Shown here: positions 40,079 through 53,680 of the stretch, one piece after another
How the letters are laid out: each line of letters starts with the position of its first letter
Numbering within the stretch: the stretch's first letter is position 1
Source: Moniliella sp. 'wahieum'
Lineage: Eukaryota
DNA length: 64,000 nucleotides
NCBI GenBank assembly: GCA_003971905.1
Contig: RSEE01000099.1
Location: 1 to 64,000 of the forward strand
Direction: 5' to 3'
Position numbers and translations under genes: made by a program
The notes under the pieces: model-generated
What the model saw: the letters and a program-made list of their open reading frames with translations, nothing else
Database searches by the model: none
Told to the model about the DNA's origin: nothing

Positions 40079-40949
40079 CTAAGCAGTTGCAGCCCAGCCG
40101 CGCCGGATTCCAGCTGCACATGCGATGGTGCCAAAGATCCCGACAGCAAAGTCAGGCAAGAAGCCCTTTTCGGTAGACCAGTGGAGCGTAAGGGGCAAGT
40201 AGCCCAGGTTGATGACCAAGTCGGTGAGAAGGGAGCTTTGCGAAGGGCCAGCATGGCGTGCGCTTGCTCAGTTCGGCGATTTTTTCAGAGGTGCACTTCT
40301 TCTTTTCAGTCAGGGCCTTGGAATCGGCGCGGTAGATACGAGTCTCTTCGGCCACACGCAAGAGCTGGAGGATCACATAGCGGCCCATAGCCGGAGGAGT
40401 GGACCCAGCACTTGGTCTGGACGCTAGGCGAGAGGGGTAGGATGCCATGCCCGGCAAGGTAGCAGCTGCTTCAACCGGCCCATACACAAGCATAATCCAC
40501 CCTTGCAAGCGCTCCATGTGGAGAAGAAGCTTGCTGCGCCGGGGTGTGCGCTCCATGGTGATCATGGACTGCACAATGCTCAATGTGGTCCAAATGCGGT
40601 TGAGTGTGCGTGCGTTGGAGCACAGGGCGCTGAGTTTGGTGAGCGGAACGACCATCGCGACAGCGGGAGAGTCGGGGGAGACGGGCTTGGATGCGACACG
40701 CAGGCGCGCCAAGACGGCGAGGCGCAGAAGGCCAACGACGACCTTGAGGCCATACTGGGTCAGCATCAAGGCCTTGTCGGTGCCGGACCAAGTGGCGAGG
40801 TAGCGCAGCAAATGCTCAAAGGCGGGGTGGGGCGGCACATGGCGAAAGCAGCCCAGCACAGCGTCCGCCGCGGTGGGTGCCGAGGCAGAGTAGGCGACGA
40901 CGGGCGGGTCGGGCACGTCGGGCACGTCGCGTACGGGGGCCATAGCCAT
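40079..40949 (-). CDS. PEX11-family peroxisomal membrane protein
   Basis: LLRYLATWSGTDKALMLTQY...ARTLNRIW, and a C-terminal LVINLGYLPLTLHWS-like segment in a shifted frame. Confidence 0.75.
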
Positions 40950-41393
40950 CAGTCGCTCGACAACGAGGAGCAGGACGGAGAGGGACACGGGGCACACATG
41001 CTTATAGCCGCCTTGGGCGGCCAGTGGGGCACTTGCGACGGACAAAATGGCGCAACGTTGGGGTTTGGGGCGTTCCCAGTGCCGAGCGCTGAGTCTCGCA
41101 CTGCCGACCGAGTCACAGCGTGTCCGTGTCACTAGTCCCTGCCTTGTACACGCACAGGGGCCCAAAAAAATTAAAGTAGAGCCGAGCAGACGACGGAAAC
41201 ATCCGCCGCCATGACTGAACGTTCAAAGTTCAAACTGCGCTGTCGTGGCCACGACCGCCTGGAGAAGCAACGTAGGCTGCCAACGCGCTGGCGGCGCCCA
41301 AGGGCGGAAGCTTGAGGTGAGTGTTGCGTCGCCGCAACATCCACCGCCGCCCATCTTCAGCCGCCCGTCCCCGCGCTCCCTCCCCTCCCCAAC

Positions 41394-43335
41394 ATGTCCG
41401 AGGCGGTGCGTGCTGCGGTTGCCGCCCGCAGAGCGGCGGCTGCGCGCCATCGCAACGAAGCACAGTCAGCTTCAGCATCCCCGGCCGCGGTCGCCCCGCC
41501 TTCGGCACGTCCGACTCGGTCGTCACGATAGCGCAGGCACCGCTCACGCGCGCGCTCCTCGCCAGCTGCTCCTCGGGGCGTCTCTCCCTCGCGGCCCGCG
41601 TCCCACGCTCACCAGTCTCCCCCCAGATGTCTGGGCTCTCGTCGACGGCCCCGAACCGGTCTGGCACGTCGGTGCCCCCGAGCCCTGGTATGCTCGCGTC
41701 GACCTGGCCAGCCTCAACGCCTCATCCAACGAGCTGGCTGAGCTCGATGACCACATTGGCCTCTGCCGCGCGCTTGAGCGTCTCGAGCTGCACAACAACC
41801 TGCTCTCCTCCATCCCTCTCTCTGTCCTTGCTCTCGAGCACTTGACCATCGTCAACCTTGCCAATAACCACCTCACTGCCTTCCCCACCGCCCTCCTGGC
41901 CCTTGACCACCTGCACACCCTCGATCTGTCGGGGAACCAGCTCACCACCCTCTGGTCTGCATCGGACGTACTGGCGTCCCGCTCGGAGCAGAAACGCATC
42001 AGCAAGCCTGGACTGACGAGCACGGCCCTGTTGATGAGGACGGCATGTGGACTGCCTTCCTCTCCGCTCCGAATAGCCCCGTCAAACGCAGCCAGTCCTC
42101 CCGTCCCTGAGGCACCCTACCCCCTCTGTCGTTATGCACAAGCTCGTGTGCTCAAGCTCGCTCGCAATCGCCTTACCAACCGATCCTTGGGACTAGGCGG
42201 CACTGACTCGGAGGGGGAGGAGGATACGGGCTTTGCGTTCCCACCTCGTCTCCGCCTGCTGACTTGGGCACGAATAATCTACGTGCCCCACTTTCGGTGA
42301 AGGCGTTTGCGGGACTGAACCAGTTGCAGGAACTGCGTTTGGATCACACGGGCATGTGGGACCAAGTTTTTGCGCCTTCCCCCGTGGAAGGTGAGGCGTC
42401 GGAGGCGGTGCTCCGGCGTTAGCCGTCCTATCGCTTGATGCTACTGATATGAACAATCTCTTACCGATCGACGAGCAGCAATTTAGCTCTGGCCCCTCGC
42501 TCTCCTCACGCCTTCTTCTCCTCCTACCCTGGAACAAGTGACGCCCTGGCTCACCCCCAAGCAAATTGTCCGCATTCGCGGGAGCGAGAAGCCCCCCCTC
42601 AATGCGCCCGAGGGGTTGGTCTACATCACCCTCGATGGCTGCCCCCTCGTGGAGGAGAAAATGAGACAGCGTCGCGCAGCGGGTACGCGTACCACGTCCG
42701 TTCCCATAGCCAGCCCCATGGCCGCTGGTGCGGGTCGGATCCACCACTCCCCTACGCGCCGGCCGGCGGCCGCGGCAGTGGCCCCACAGGATGAGTTTGG
42801 ACCGCTGGGCGGTACCGCACAAGAGCCAAGAGGCTTCCTCCCACCGCTTCTCCCATGGGCCTCCTTTTCGCGCGGACTGGCCACGACGAGTTTGAACCGC
42901 TGGGCACTCCTTCCCGTTCTACCCGCAGGGGCAGGGGACAGCTAATGTCCCCTCCTACGGCCGAGTGGGAGCCTCTTGGCTCCCCCTCCGTCTCTCCCTC
43001 GCCTTCCAAGCCACGTTCTCGTCCTACAGCAGCAGCTCTTGACGAGTTTGGTCCTCTGGGAGGCCGGCCGTCGCCGAGCCCTGGGCCGCGGTACCAGCTC
43101 CCATCCTCCTCAGCCCGTGCCGTCGTCACCAAGCAAGAGTGCTAGCACATCTCTTTCGCCTTCCCCGGCTCACTGGAGCCTACCAAGCCCGTGCGCACAC
43201 CTGTCCACGCGGATGCCCCCGCCCGGGAGGCCTGGGAAACGTTGGCGGAACAGGCACCCTTGACCGCAGGTCAGAGACGCATGATGCGGGCAAGCGGCTC
43301 GTCGAGAGCGGGAGCGCTTGGCACAGCAGAATTAA
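41394..43335 (+). CDS. Leucine-rich repeat protein (frameshifted)
   Basis: LxxLxLxxN repeats: LASLNASSNEL, LERLELHNNLL, LTIVNLANNHL, LHTLDLSGNQL. Confidence 0.8.
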
Positions 43336-43957
43336 CTTGGCAAGTTGGGTGGGTGGGAGAGGGGGGCACTACCCCTGTTCCACCCAGGCTGGCCCCTTTC
43401 CCCTTTACAAAACCATGTGAACCCACTCACGGGGATTTCACAAGCAGGATCTTCCCTCCCCGCCCCTGCCCCCGGCCACCCCCCCCCAAAAAAAATTGGG
43501 ACGAAAGCAATGCTTGCCCGACGAGTGGGTTACGTCTTGGCTTTGCCCTGCTTATCCACTGTGCTCCATCCTTTGCGCCTGTTTGTGTTTCAGTTTGCCC
43601 CTCATTTCTCTGCCCGTTGACACGTTCAACGCGCGCTCTCTTCATCACCTGGATCCCCCCAGGCCTTTGCCTCACGGCCAGGATGCGTACTAGGTGTCGC
43701 AATCCATTCTGTTTGGAGATACCATTATGAGGCTAGTATGGGGGAATACGAAAATAGATGCGATTCTGAACGAGGGTCCATTTGGGTAAGGATCGTTGTG
43801 CCCCATTGGTCTGCAAAATGGAACGGTCGACACAAAACGTAACGTGGGGTAGGGGGGGGGGAACAAGAACCGTCACTTGTTGCTTTCAAATGCCAAAGAA
43901 GCAGAAAAGAAAAGAATCTGTAGAGCGAAGCGCACACGGTCTTGGAAGCTTGAAGCG

Positions 43958-46234
43958 TTAGTTGTGACTGGTGAGCGACCAGTCATCCAGTGCCACGCTC
44001 TTGGGCACCACCGAATCACTGGAACCCAGGTCGTCCCACTGCGGTTGCCACCAAGTAGTGACGGTTTGGTCCTGGCCCGGGGTAAGGGTAACGGTGATGG
44101 TTGTGACACCCTGGTTGGACGGGTTGTTAAACGTGTTGCTGTACGCCGCGCCTTGGCCAGCGGGTGTGTGGGTGCGGAACTTGACGCTAGCGTCAGAGGG
44201 AGACAAGAGCGAAAGTTTGAGCGTCTTTTTGGGCACCGAGATGGACAGGTCCGTGGCAGCATTGGGGTCATTGATCGTGTCAATGGTCAACGTGGCCGTC
44301 TTGCCATCCGACGACAGGTCCACCGTCGCGTTCGTTTGCACCCGCCATTGCACCCGGCTTGAGCCCACTGAACCGGCAATCTCGTTGCTGCAGCACTTGG
44401 CGACGCGCATTGAGAGGACGGATACCACGCTTGACAGAGCCCTCGGTTGCGTTGTAGAGTGTGCTGAGATCCGTCACAAAGAACGCCGCGTCGTTAGTGG
44501 TGGGTTTGTAGTTCGTATCGGCCGATTGCTTGGCTGAGCTGGCCGAATCAAAGTGAGAGGTAGGAGCGGCATCCACGTTTTGGTCCTTGCCGTCGACCAA
44601 AAGAGTGTTTTGGCCGGCGGTGCGCTTGCGGAAGTAGGTCCAGCGTTGACTTTTTTGCACTTCGGTGCTAAAGTAGCCAGGCGACAGGTACTGCGCTGAG
44701 CCAAACTCTCCGGCCCACCGGGTGCCGAGGGCGTCAATGACAAAGTCACCACCGTCGAGGTCACCGTGCGTCTGGTGGCCTGTCAAGTTGGAGGCCTTCA
44801 TTCCAATAAAGAGCCCGTTAAAGTCGGTCCAGGAGGAACGCATGCTCATCCAGTTCCCTGCACCATTCGACTTGGAAAAGTAGTGGTCCAGGTTCTTGCC
44901 GTTCCAGAACGCACCTTTGGCAGTTTCATCGTACCAAAACAGAGCAAGCGGGTCACCCAGTGCATCGGCCCGGTCACGCTGGTAGAGGGTGAAGACGGGG
45001 GGCCGTACTGCTTGCCCCACCAGAGCATGCCGTTGGCGTTGGTCGAGTACTTGTTGGGGCCGTGGTCACCGTAGGCAAAGAGACCAGCATTGCCACCGAC
45101 ATACATGTGGAAGTTGCCCGTGCGCCAAAAGTCAGTGCTCGAACCCTGGTTCGATCCGGTAGCAGAGATGAGTGCCGACTCAGCGCGAGCCGCAGCGTTG
45201 GTGCCAAAGTACCAATAGTTGGGCGTCTCGGTCCAAGTCCCATCGGCATAGGGACCTTGGAAGCAGTTGTCCCTAATGTTGCCCAGCGCCGAGTTGTACA
45301 CACTCGAAGCGGTTTGACTGGGGTCGTCACCGTCATCGCCCTGGATGGCCAACGCACCGATCAGCATACCGGCATTGGACACACAGTTCCAGTTGCCAGA
45401 GCCGTTGGCGTCGGTGGTCCACCATCCAGTAGCCATGTCGCCATCGTAGGCACTCTTACCGGGCTTGAGGCCGAGGGAAATGATGCCAGCGGATGGCCTT
45501 GCGCTGGTTCGGCGTCCACACATCGTACAGCCAGTCGTACCCAATCGCAAACGCGGTTGTCATCTCCCCCGTGTCAAGGAAGTGGGAAGGATTCCAGTGT
45601 TGGTCCGGCTGGGGTGCTGGGCCTTGGCCAAAGGGTTGAGAGGTGTTGCCAGCGGCAACGTGAAGTTCACGCCAAACACGCTTGCTCCACTTGGTGTCCT
45701 TAGTCAGGCGGTAGACATAGGACCAGGCACGCACCCGCTGCTGCACCTGCCGCGCCACATCCAGAATACCCGAGCCAGTGTAGCCGCCATCGATGGAATA
45801 ATTGGTTGGGGGCAGCGAGTACCACGCCGTGGCGTTGGCAAATACCGAGGCATTCATGGCTTGGAGGTAGGGGTCGGAGGCAATGCGGTCCGGAAGGCAG
45901 TCCCACATGTAGCCGGGGGCGATGATGCGTGGATGGGACCGGAGGTTGTCGGAGGACAAGCCAGAGGAGGGGTCAGTGCACTGGACGGAGGGGTTTCCGT
46001 TGCCTGAGGGTGCCGAGGTGTCGATTCCGTCCTTGAAGAGCGGGTTGCCATAAGGGTCAGTGCCGTCATAATTGAGGCCAGTGGCATCAGCAGCAGCGTG
46101 GGGCGCGCGGGCGTGGTTGGAGGCGAAGAGGCTGTCGAGGCCGTCATGGCCGCGGGGACGCGGACCATGCTGGCGGTGGCCTGGGCAGCAAGGGCGGCAG
46201 CCGCCAGCGCGGTGGCCAGGGTCGAACTGCGCAT
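43958..46234 (-). CDS. Secreted heparinase II/III-like protein (polysaccharide-lyase-like)
   Basis: Signal peptide MRSSTLATALAAAALAAQA; HFLDTGEMT..GYDWLYD, NWNCVSN, ETPNYWYFGT, HGDLDGGDFVIDALGTRWA. Confidence 0.8.
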
Positions 46235-47378
46235 GCTCGGCAGAAAGAGCGGAAGGGTGGGGGGAAGGAGAGAAAGCGGGAGGGGAAGACAGCGGCCGAG
46301 GACGCAGACGGGCAGCTTTTGTACCAGCCGAGCGCAGGGCAGGGGAGGGCAGGTAGCATCCCTGCAGGGGGGGCGGCGAAGCCAAGCGTGACGCGTGATG
46401 CGAGCCGCGGCGGGGCAGTGGTGGCGCTTGGCCAGGGTTCGGTGTCTCACTGACGCAGCCCTCCGTCGAGAATCGGAGATCGGAGTACTGGGACTGCGTC
46501 GCAGGTCTGAGCAGCACACAGGCCAAGTGGCTCAGGGTGCCGAGCATGTTCGGTCTGGGCAACTGGCAACCCTGAGGCAACCCAGACACCCCCGCAGCCC
46601 CCCGGCCCCAGTGGGCTGAAGCGCTGAAGGATGATCGATGATCGATGAGCGTGTGACCGATGGATGTGACAGTGCCGAGGCGCCGGCGCTGCGCCAGGCT
46701 GCGCCACCCCGCGCCGCACACGGCAAGGGGCACACCACACCACACCACTGGCGGGTCGGAGAGCATCCACTCGGCCTCAGCGCATCAGCACATCAGCTGA
46801 GGGCTCGGCTGAGCTGAGCGTGTTGGGGACGTTGAGGCTCAGCGCCTCAGCGCGGTGCAAGACCAACAGAACACAGACCGGTCCTCTTGGCGCTGCGGCG
46901 CTGATGTGCTGATGTGCTGATGCATGATGCACGCACGATGCACGGAGGCTGCACTGATGCACTGGCGCCAATGATCGACGCTATCATCGATCATCGATCA
47001 ATATTCAATGCTGGAGCGACGACGATCGAAAGCAGGGGCGGGGGAACGTGGATATTGGATGGAAGTGGAGTGCGCTGAATATTGGATGGGCCGCCTGCTG
47101 CCGCTCGGCTGAGTGAATTTCGACGAGGGCATGCCGAGGCAGAGTCCACCCAACTGGGTCCGAGCCCCTGCGCCGTCTCCTCCATCCATCTGCACCGTGC
47201 GGGCTGGCTACATGCGGCTACAGAGCCCAGTGGCCGAGCAGCCTGCGCCCGTCTGTGTGAATACAAATGCATCTCACATCCCCCGCGTCCATCCCATGTC
47301 CAACACTATGCTCTCTGCTCCCTTCTCCCACAAGTCTCCCGTAAGCGCCGTAAGCACCAAGCATAAGCACATCACATG

Positions 47379-48962
47379 TTACACCACCACCTGCATCCAC
47401 TCTCCCGAACGCACTTCTTCCTCCAGCCGCGCCCGCAGGCTCTCCGTCAGCTGCTCCTCATCGGCCCTGCATCGCGAGCAGGAGCAAGGGCCGAATGCAT
47501 AGTCCTGCCACAGACGCGCTCGCCGCACACGCAGCAGGGCCATCCGCTCCGTTGGCCCCGCATCCGGCGTGGCAAGCAAGTTGGGAGGCAGATAGGACGC
47601 CACCAGTTCCTCTCCTGCCTTGATGGGCCGCAGAGCAAGCACTGTGACCCTTGTTGCAGGCCGCACCGAAGACGTTCCCTGGGGCAAATGCCGCACCGCC
47701 ACATTTGGCTCACACGAGTGGTTCAGTTGGCTGTGCACCAGATCTGTACAACCCCACACAGCAAAAGGTTAGGATCTACCCTGCCAACGTTTCGGACAGC
47801 AGGCCGCAGCAGGAGGAACAGTGTACTCACACAAGCTTCCGTGGTTCTCCATGTTCACATTCGCCCTCCCCACCAATTTATCAAACGAGGTAAAGTTGAG
47901 CAAATCCTCCCCAAATCCAGGCGAAAGCGGCTGCAGCGGCCACCATGATGGATTGGGGGCCGACTTTTTCCGCAGAGGTGTCGGGGTCGAGACGGCGATG
48001 GAGCTAGACTCCTTCAAGGCAAGCAACTCGGTTGCCTGGGCCGATGCAGAGGCGCGTGCGTCCGGGTCGGGGTGCAGGGCAGCCCGAGTCAAGACCATGG
48101 CCGTTTCCAACAAGGTCCGCCAGGTTTCCACCGACGAATTTTGGACAACAAACGTACTCGCAAGGGAATCGTCGTTGGGCTTGTGAGACCGACGACCCAG
48201 CTCGGACAGGGTAGCCAACGAAGAAAGATGCATACGAACCTCGTCGGTCGAAGCAAGAGGAACGCTGTCTGCTGGCCCAGCCACAAGGGCGGATTGGGGG
48301 CGAGCCGTGTAGGCCTCCGTCGACCGGTCTGCGGAAGAGGGAAGGTGAAGCGAGAGGGGACGGTGGCCATCGTCCTTCGCATATGTTTGAAGAATGCGGG
48401 CCAAACTGCGAATCGAAGCAAAACCCGCCCCCCAAGTGTGCTGAGCACACAGGTCCAAGAGCCTTCCTGCCTCCGGGTTCACCCCGGCACACAGCAAGGC
48501 ATGGTGACTTCGCATACCCCACTCTTGACACGCCGAGCTGCACCAACGGAACGACAGGCAGTGCCGCGCGAAGTGCATCCACGGGCGGCCCGCACGGACG
48601 ACAAGGTGTAAAGCAGGCATCGCACAGCTCGCCTTTCACCACATGCCTACATATTCACCTGGGGGGTTGGGCACGTAGGCATCTTCACAGAAGACAATAC
48701 TGCCCTCTGGAATATCCACAGCGGCGGTCAAGCATTTCCCCCGATTCCCGTTGGCTTTTCCAGCATCCTGGGTCTGCACGTTGGTTGGTAACGCAAGGTG
48801 GGTGTCAACCTTGGATGTGGGGATATCCGAACGGGCTTTGGATTTCTTCTTGTTGCTCTCTTGGGCTTGGGAGCAGGGACCGCTGCGGGCTCCGAAGTGG
48901 GGCCGGCGGACGGACCAACTGCTGGGGGGGTGTGATGCGTCCGAGGTAGGGCCGGGGGGCAT
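47379..48962 (-). CDS. SET+MYND (SMYD/Set5-like) lysine methyltransferase
   Basis: RGKCLTAAVDIPEGSIVF, MYND-type Cys cluster (CDAC...WCSSAC..HALLC), LNHSCEPN, EELVASY, post-SET CSCSRC. Confidence 0.85.
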
Positions 48963-49120
48963 AGTGGACAGAGGTATGGAGGGGGTAGTGGGCCTTCACC
49001 GCCTCGGTCTGGAGGGAAGGGAGCGAGGGAGCGGAAAAAAAAAAGCGGGCAGGCAAGCGGCGCCCACAGCACCAATGTTTCAACATCATCTGACGTAAGG
49101 ATCCGGCGCAGGGGGCGTGG

Positions 49121-49166
49121 CGACGCGAACGCGACGGGTGCGGGGTGGCCACGCGTCGCGCCGCGA
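49121..49166. promoter_or_regulatory. MCB-like (ACGCG/ACGCGT) cluster upstream of MSH2
   Basis: ACGCGAACGCGA at 49123-49134 and ACGCGT at 49151-49156, about 90 nt before the MSH2 ATG. Confidence 0.5.
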
Positions 49167-49240
49167 GAGGGAAAGGCGCGGAGCGCCGCCGCTTGGCCCA
49201 CAGCCGCTTTCGTCCCACCATTCATCTCTTCTGGCGCGCC

Positions 49241-52200
49241 ATGTCGGGTCTCATGTACGCCTCCTCTTCCAACGCGGGTGCCGGCCCCGGTGCGCAGTAC
49301 GAGTACGACGCAGCCGCCGAGCGCAGCTTTGTTGCCTTCTTCAACTCCCTTCCTTCCTCCGACGCGGGCCTCGTGCGTCTCTTTGACCGCGGCACGTTCT
49401 ACTCGGCCCATGGTGACGATGCAGCGCGTCCCGACAGCGTGTACCGCACCCGCAGTGTTATCAAGCAGCTCACCGGCGCCAACAGTGCCCTGCTCCCTAG
49501 CGTCACTCTCAACGCCGCTGCAGCCAAGAGTTTCCTACGCGACGCGCTCAGTGCCAAGCAAATGCGCGTCGAAATCTACTCCAACGGCGGAGGCGGAAAG
49601 CGCACTGCGAGTTGGTCTATTACCAAACAAGTATGTGCTGCCTTTTTTCTTGTTGTATCTGCCCCACTCACACTTCATTGGTTCAAAGGCGTCTCCAGGG
49701 AACTTGCAAGAGGTCGAGGACCTGCTCTTGCCAACAGCGACATGCTCGTCTCTCCCCTCGTTGTCGCATTCAAGATCAAGACGATCAAGGGTTCCATCCA
49801 TGTCGGTGCCGCATTTGCTGACGCGACCAATCGCCAGCTGGGTGTGGCCGAGTACGTTGACAATGAGCTGTTCAGTAACACGAGGTGCGTCCCCGTCTCG
49901 CGCATGACCTGATCCCTCCCCCTTGCTGACCCCTGCGCCCCTCGCCGCAGTCTCTGCTAATCCAAGTCGGGGCCAAAGAATGCATCTTGCCAGAGGACAA
50001 GAAGGACAGTGATGCTGAACTCCAGAAGCTGCGAGCCGTCGTGGAACGCTCCGACTTGGTCGTCACCCCAGTGAAACGGGGAAGCTTTGACGACAAGGAA
50101 ATCGATCTGGATCTTGGTCGCCTGCTCCGCGCCTCGGGATCGAACAGCGGGGACGTCAGTATGGCCGATGCCGCCGAGACTGGAACTGGGACAGCGTATC
50201 TGCGCTTCCCGAGAGTGAACTCCGTCTGGCTATGGGCTCTCGCAGCTCTCATCTCTTACCTGCACCTTACCGGTGACGATGCCAATTTTGGCGCATTTAC
50301 GCTGGCCACGCACGACCTGGGCCAGTACCTGCGCTTGGATGCATCTGCCATTCGCGCGTTGGGTCTGTTCCCTGATCCCTCCGGGGTGGTGGATCCAACC
50401 GCAATGCCAGTCTCTTTGGATTGCTCAACAAGTGCCGGACGGCCCAAGGAACGCGTCTGCTGGCCCAGTGGATCAAACAGCCACTGCGCAACCTCCACGC
50501 CATTAAAGAGCGCCAAGATCTTGTTGAGCTGTTTCTGGACGATGTCAGTCTGCGTTCTTCGCTGCAAGACGAGTTTCTCAAGGTCATGCCGGATCTTCAG
50601 CGCCTGAGCAAACGTCTCCAGCGCGGCGTGGCCAGCCTGGAGGACGTAGTTCGGATCTACCAAGCTGCCCTTCGCCTTCCTGGTATGATTGAGAAGCTGG
50701 CCGATGCTCGTGCCACCTCCACGTTTGACCTCCCTGCGGGAGAGACGAGCGCGGTGGCCTCTACGTTGGACCGTCTGCTCCTCACGGGGCTCGAACAGGG
50801 ATCGAAAGCGTTGGAGAATTTGGTCGCGATGGTGGAGGAGGTACTGGACTTGGATGAGTTGGCCAACCATTCTTTCGTCATCAAGCCAGCCTTCGATGCG
50901 ACCCTGACGGAGATCCGCCAGCAACTGGATCAAGTGCGAGATGGGCTTGAGGCAGAACACAAAGCTGCTGCGCGGGAGTTGGGACTGGAGATGGGCAAGA
51001 AGCTGCACTTGGAGCTTCACTCGACCTATGGGCATGTATTCCGTGTTACGCGAACTGAGGCCAAGGCGTTGCGCACTGCAACCAAGAACAAGTACCACGA
51101 AGTATCCACCCAGAAGAACGGCCCTCTTCCGTACCTCGTCGTTGAAGGAGCTCAGTGACGACTTTGCCGAGCAGACGGCCGCCTACGAACAGCACAAGCA
51201 GGGGAGTAGTCACCGAGATTATTGCGACGGCGGCGACGTATGCGCTACGCTGGAGCAATCAACGTAGTGATCGCAACCCTCGACGTGCTGTTGGCCTTTG
51301 CATATGTGTCAGGCTCAGCACCCGATCCGTATGTCAAGCCCCAGCTCCTGGTCGACGAGGACGTGCCCATGGACGAGACGCATGAAGGCGAAGGTGCCCC
51401 GCCGCCAAAATCCACCGCGCCTCTACGCTTGACCAAGGCTCGGCATGCATGCGTGGAAGCTTCGGATGACATTACTTATCGCCAATGACGTGGACTTGGT
51501 CCAGGGAGAGTGAATTTGCCATCATTACGGGTCCCAACATGGGTGGCAAGAGTACCTTTATCCGTATGGTGGGTGTCATTGCCGTTTTGGCCCAGATTGG
51601 CTGCTTTGTCCCAGCGTCGGCATCGGAAGATGGACGTGCGCCGCAGGTGCCAGTGTTCGATGCAGTCCTATGTCGTGTGGGGGCGGGCGATAACCAGACG
51701 AAGGGTGTGTCAACCTTTATGGCGGAAATGCTTGAAACGGCCACCATTCTCCGCACCGCCACGCGCGATAGCCTGATCATCATTGACGAGCTTGGCCGAG
51801 GAACGTCGACGTACGATGGATTCGGTTTGGCCTGGGCCATCAGTCACCACATTGCCACCAACATTCGGGCAAAGTGTCTGTTTGCGACCCACTTCCATGA
51901 GCTCACCACATTAGCCAACCAACTTCCTTATGTGCGCAACTTGCATGTTGTCGCGCACGTGGAAGGGGGTCGGACCCAGGATGGAAAGCCTCTGACGAGA
52001 GACTCGATCACTTTGCTGTACCAAGTCGCTCCAGGCGTAGGCGATCAGAGCTTTGGTATTCATGTTGCCGAATTGGCCCATTTCCCCCGTCCATCATCCG
52101 CCTGGCCAAGCGCAAGGTGGAGGAACTCGAAGGTCCTGAGGGGCAAGGGGATGGAGTGCCCGCGCCGGTGGCCCAAGATGAAGAGGCTGGTGCTGGGATC

Positions 52201-52389
52201 GTGGAAGAGTTTATGGCGGAGTGGGCGCGTCGGTCAGCAAGTGTCAAACGGCTCCGCCTGGAACAAGGAACGGAGGAGGATAAGGCAGAAGCGACCAAGC
52301 AAAAACAGCTGTTGCAACAAATGGTTGAGGAGTGGAAGGACAAGTTTGAGGGAAATGCTTGGGTCCGCAATGTCTTGGCGTCGTTTTGA
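49241..52389 (+). CDS. MSH2: DNA mismatch repair protein MutS homolog 2
   Basis: [98 protein letters not shown]. Introns ~49631-49688 and ~49885-49950. Confidence 0.97.
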
Positions 52390-52765
52390 TTGCGATCCCA
52401 TTCGTCAATCAAGCTCAAATCGTCTCTCCTCTCCTCTCCCCTCTCACTGACTTGTTCTGTCGCGCCCATGTGTTCGAATGCCCACAAGCCAACCCACTCT
52501 AAACCCTTGGCCAGCATGACACGCATGCCAACGCGTTTTCGCAGCTTTTCTGTTGAATACATTTGCCAGTTTTGGTTTTGTCAAAGAGCTTCACCTGCAA
52601 AAAGTTCTCTCGCTGCATACTAGCTGTGAGGCTCTGAAGCCAGTGGATATATGCCTGCTCCTTCGGCCTTCGTCAACTGCTAGACTTGCGTCGAAAACAG
52701 TGGTAACTGCCAATACGATCGTGCAACAGGAGGTAACAAAAGCGACAAAATAATCACTAAAAAAG

Positions 52766-52861
52766 TGGTCAATATGAGGCTTGAACTCATGACCTTGGCA
52801 TCACCAACACTCCCTTGAGGATGTATTAGTACCACGCTCTGACCAACTGAGCTAATCGACC
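52766..52861 (-). tRNA. tRNA-Ile(AAT) with intron
   Basis: Minus strand GGTCGAT-TAGCTCAGTTGGTCAGAGC-GTGGTACT-AAT-A[intron]ATGCCA-AGGTC-ATGAGTTCAAGCCTCAT-ATTGACC-A, followed by a T-run. Confidence 0.9.
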
Positions 52862-53680
52862 AATGCGTCCTTTAAACCCGCGGAGACAAATCTTGCAGCC
52901 CCAGTAGCCCGCTCTAGTCTTCCACACAAGAATCTCATGCGATACTTTATAGATGTCTTCGCTTCATTGCCCACTTTGGGTACTGCACCATGAACCTTTG
53001 GAGGAGGTAAGGACGAATGCGTTTGCCTAGTTGTTTTACCCTACTATACAGAGAGTGGGCGCGGTGCGGTGTTGTGGTGAAAACGATGGGATCTGGGGCG
53101 AGAGGACGAAACGCACGCTAAACAATGGGCGCAGTTGCGGACGTACTAGTGTGTAGTCAATCACCGACGCGAGGGAAAGACAGATGCCATGGAGGGCGTG
53201 CAACAAGGCGACTAGCCACTGAACTGACTCTGGCTGGTCGAAGGACACATCCAATCAGACGCCTACAGTAACTGAATGTAGATAGCTTGGAATCGATAAC
53301 GCCCACACTTTGCTTCACAAACCGTCCCAGGGTTCCACGAGTGCTAACAACGGAACAGGCTCCAAGCAATGCAATGCCAAGTATCGTACAATGGCTCTAT
53401 GCGCGACAGACAAGATCACAGCAAACGCGTGTAGTGATCCGCGGGGAAATCAAATTCGAGTGCTGCGTCAAAAGCAGCTGGAGTTCTGGTAGTCGTTCAG
53501 TCGGAGCAAAGAGAGGGATGGCAGGAAGAATTGTGGCTCGAGGAAGGCGTGCAAGAATGAGGACAGAAGAGTGATCTGTGATAAAATGATTTAGAGAGGC
53601 ACACCTGCCTGTCCGGGTCAGACCCAACATGTATGCACCACATGGCCGGGGATGATCGATGACCTCTAACATTTCCGACT

